A DNA stretch of 64,000 bases from positions 62,001-126,000 of the forward strand of contig JBLDXI010000019.1 in NCBI GenBank assembly GCA_047495785.1. Direction: 5' to 3'. The notes under the pieces were generated by a model that saw nothing but the letters and a program-made list of their open reading frames with translations, was not told the origin of the DNA and did not search any database. Positions 60,601 through 64,000 of the stretch are shown here, in pieces (the stretch's first letter is position 1; each line of letters opens with the position of its first letter). A program made the position numbers and the translations under genes. This DNA comes from Lepidodermella squamata. Its lineage: Eukaryota; Animalia; Gastrotricha.

Positions 60601-61842
60601 TTAGCTCGAGCACAATGTACACTGTTTCAAAGAAATTTCGCTTTTTTTCTTCGAGATAAAAGAAGAAAAGCATAGATAAATATTGTCTCTATCAAACAAG
60701 CCAAACTCTCAAATAAAAGTTGAGTTTTGATACAACCGCTGATTTGGTATCAGCTGTACCGCGGAATCCATATAAAGGCATTCCTGTCTTGAGGCTGATA
60801 AAACACTACCGTGGAAGTATCTAAGACAAGCTTCAAAGAGCATAAGGATAGATGACTATTATAATAAATATTGTGTGACCAGTTGAGTTGTTCTATTTTT
60901 TTCTCCAATTTTTTTTCTTTAATGCTTTTGTATGGATATATCATGCATATAGTAAAAATTGGTCACACAATGAAGCTCCACTTGGCACAGAATCAGAGAA
61001 TTCATTCGGCACCAAATGGGAAAACTTCGACAAATTCGAATATTTGGTTTATTCAATTGAGGGCAACATAAAGCATAACAAACATGGCGGAGTTGCTATC
61101 TACCGGGAAGTTTGTAAGCGGAAGTCGCTTTTAGCGGAAATGCATGTGGCGGACAACGCAATAGCGGAAATTAGCGGAAAAAATTAGCGGAACTTAAAAA
61201 GCGGAAAAATAATCAAACCTACCTTTGCAAATTGTCTTCCAACCATTGTGATCGTAGTAAGTTGATAGTATAAGTACTTGAAGCACAAATCTCCAGATTG
61301 TGATATACTAGCATTCAAAAATTCTCGCTCTTCCTAACAGATCAATCGCGCAATGCTTAGTCAAGAAAGAAGATTTGAGGCAATATTTGGTGAATCGTTG
61401 TAACTTATCACCGTGCTTTGGGTAAATAAAATTTGTGAAACTTGAAATATTTTGTTATAAAGGTCAATTTACAGTTTGCATATTATTGCGAATTGTTTGT
61501 GAAAAGACCCTCACGGCAAATTGTGTAAGATGAATCAGTGAAATGAACCTTAAATGAGCATGTGTGCATGTTTTTCTAGGTTTTCCAATGTTTTGCACCC
61601 TTGACAGTATTTTCGTATGGTGTCGACGTCGTGATTCTTCCCTGGGAGGCCCACGCTTGCACTTGACCACCAACCACCTATCTGGTTTTTCTTATGCCAC
61701 ATGTGTTATTTCTGTTCTACATTTACTAAATTTCCTACATTAAAGGCAGTCAATCTGGAGTAGGCTGGTTAACCTTTAGTTTTACTCAGGAGCAGCTCCA
61801 GGTTCTAGTGTGGCTATACCGGCCTAATTAAATTTAATTATA

Positions 61843-62867
61843 TAGGGTAAGGTTACCTAATTTGCATAAAAATTGTCGACTTTTTTCAAACACTTGCTGT
61901 TCCTCAGCTATGAGGTTCCCCGGGCTCCTATTTTGCGCATAACCGGCCCGAACCCATTTGAGTAAGCTCAAAAAACCGCGAGAACTGATTCGTACCGAGC
62001 TATATCGTTGTTCAAAATGGAAAAGGAAACTTTACGAGGATGCCCCAAATTTGCATAATGACTTCACTTCTTAACCTAAACTGTATTCTACTGTATTTAG
62101 CTCAATTTGGGCGATTACGGGCTACCGCTTTCGACGAATAGTACGAAACACACTGAAGACGTGGTCAAAAGAGAACAAGTGTGAGGGTGACACCGTGATT
62201 TGAAATTGCGGTTTCGATAGGTATTAAAAGAAATTATCAAAAATATCATGCCTACTTTGCGACGATACCCAATGCTCTGCACTCTGCAGGATGAATCTGT
62301 GGACCAAAATGTGTCAATTACTTAATTCAAACACGCTAATTTAAATTTCGATGAATTGGATTCACCTGGCGCTTCTCTCACCAACGCGGAAACTAATACG
62401 TGAAATTCTTAGAAAACCAGTCAGAATGATAAATGACCTTATTTAGCTGCCATATTAGATTGAGAGTTCGACAAGGACAATTAGATCTTATTACTTATCA
62501 CAATTTCATTTGTTTTTTGCAAAGCTCCGTCTTGTTATACTCTAATTAATAAATCTATAAAGCCAGTAACTAAAAGGATTCAAATTCAGCGAGAATGCAG
62601 TTTAGGTTAAGAAGTGAAACTTTCATGCAAATGTACGGCACCATCGAGAGATTGAGAACTTTTTCCATTTTCAACTTTGAACAACGATAGCTCGGTAATC
62701 GGTCACGGTGAGAAATCAGCTCTTGCAGTTTTGTGATCTTACGCTCATAAGGATTCGGACTGTTTATGCCCGAAATGGGAGCCCGGGAGAACCTTGTTGT
62801 TTTAGAATAAAAAGTGGATGTAAAAAGTCAACAATTTTTACGAATATTTAGCTAAAACCATACCCTA
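61843..62867. mobile_element. ~1-kb non-autonomous element with ~250-bp terminal inverted repeats
   Basis: TAGGGTA...TACCCTA ends; mirrored blocks CCCGGGCTCC, TACCGAGCTAT..CGTTGTTCAAA, TTCACTTCTTAACCTAAACTG. Confidence 0.8.
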
Positions 62868-62968
62868 CCGTCGTTTCCTACTGGTATAGCATTTTGTCAT
62901 CAAGTATGAAGATGCAACAGAACAAATACGTAGATGTTATCACGTCGCCTAGATGACAGAATCTTCAA

Positions 62969-63014
62969 ACCTCTGGGTTATGGGCCCAGCGTGCTTCCAC
63001 TGCGCCTCTCTGCT
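62969..63014 (-). pseudogene. Truncated initiator tRNA-Met (5' 46 nt)
   Basis: Matches the iMet 5' part with two substitutions; T-arm missing. Confidence 0.85.
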
Positions 63015-64000
63015 TGTTAGTTCGTAAACACGGTAAATTAAATCAGTTTCCTAATATTTCAACATAACAATTACTTTGGTTTGGATATCTTAGTCACGCA
63101 TGTGCGCGCAAAGTTCACGCTTTATTTTTAGATTTTCCCTAGATGTTCTTAAGGTGGATTCACTAATGTGCGAATTTTCGGATACGAATATTTCGCATAC
63201 GACCGTCGCACTGTCGGGTGCGAAAATCGCATCGTTGTTCATATTCTATCCGACGTTGTCGCGTGTCGTACCGTCGCATCACCGTTTCGTACGACAGTCG
63301 CGCCGAGTGTTCATAAACGCTAGTCAGAGAACAATGTGCGCGTGCGACAAGATTCGACTAGGGCGCGCGCACTGAAACAATGGATTTTGTCGCATGGACC
63401 TGGCCTGTCGCATCGCACGCGCGATTTTGGTGGAATTTCGCGTGTGCGACACGACAGCTTAGAATCGTCCGACAGCAGATAAAACAACGTCCTAGTTCGG
63501 TCCACTTCAAGCGCGCAATCGAAGTATAACAGTGGACAGTGGACTTGTGCGCGAAACCTGGAGGAATAGACAACGCACTATATAAGCACTCTATAAGGCG
63601 CGAAACACCACATCAAAATTTTTAACAAAACGGTGGCCGCGCGCACTAATGTCAAAAGGCTAATTTCGAAAACAATAGCGGCTTTTATACCAAATTAAAA
63701 CTGAAACAATTCTCTATCAAATGACCACGAATTTCATCCTTAATAAATTTAAATAAAAAAGTTGTTAGCGCCCTCAATAGTCCGCGAGGTGGTGCCGTGC
63801 TAGGTGAAAATAATTAAATTATCAAATTTCGATGAAAATACGCGGAAATAGGGTAACTAATGTCGAAAATAACGATTTTTCTGGTTAAAAACTTAGTTGG
63901 ACAAGTTTTTTGCAAATTTGGTTTCCTTTCATATAAAAATTAGCCGCGCGCGACACTGTCTCATCGCCCGCGCGTGTCATTGTTTTGTGCGCATACGACT

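Noticed and set aside
63090-64000. GTCGCA / TGCGAC-rich tract
   Set aside because: Probably a repeat element, but boundaries cannot be defined and it may run off the window

Overview
Gene-dense metazoan (invertebrate) genomic DNA with very short introns (mostly 47-65 nt); the organism cannot be named from the sequence. Protein genes: 5' part of a divergent AHCY; six related 4-TM MARVEL-like genes; an intronless MPI with altered active-site residues and a 3' frameshift; a pair of Thr/Pro-rich paralogs; a secreted QPGYYPP-repeat protein; two Sushi + catalytically dead astacin genes (one with a ~890-aa mucin tail); a Rab GTPase; a ~14-kb MUC4/SUSD2-like membrane protein with three NIDO-AMOP-vWD-EGF-SEA blocks; a GABA-B-like GPCR; a divergent Cys-loop channel; two ConA/LamG-like surface proteins; and several MITE-like inverted-repeat elements. 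The most striking feature is a Pol III cassette dispersed in four copies: a conserved upstream motif, tRNA-Thr(CGT), a 79-80-nt spacer, then a full-length 7SL/SRP RNA, with a divergently oriented initiator tRNA-Met in two copies. All four 7SL copies carry a UGAC (URRC) helix-8 tetraloop in place of GNRA. Exon boundaries were read by eye and may be off by a few bases.
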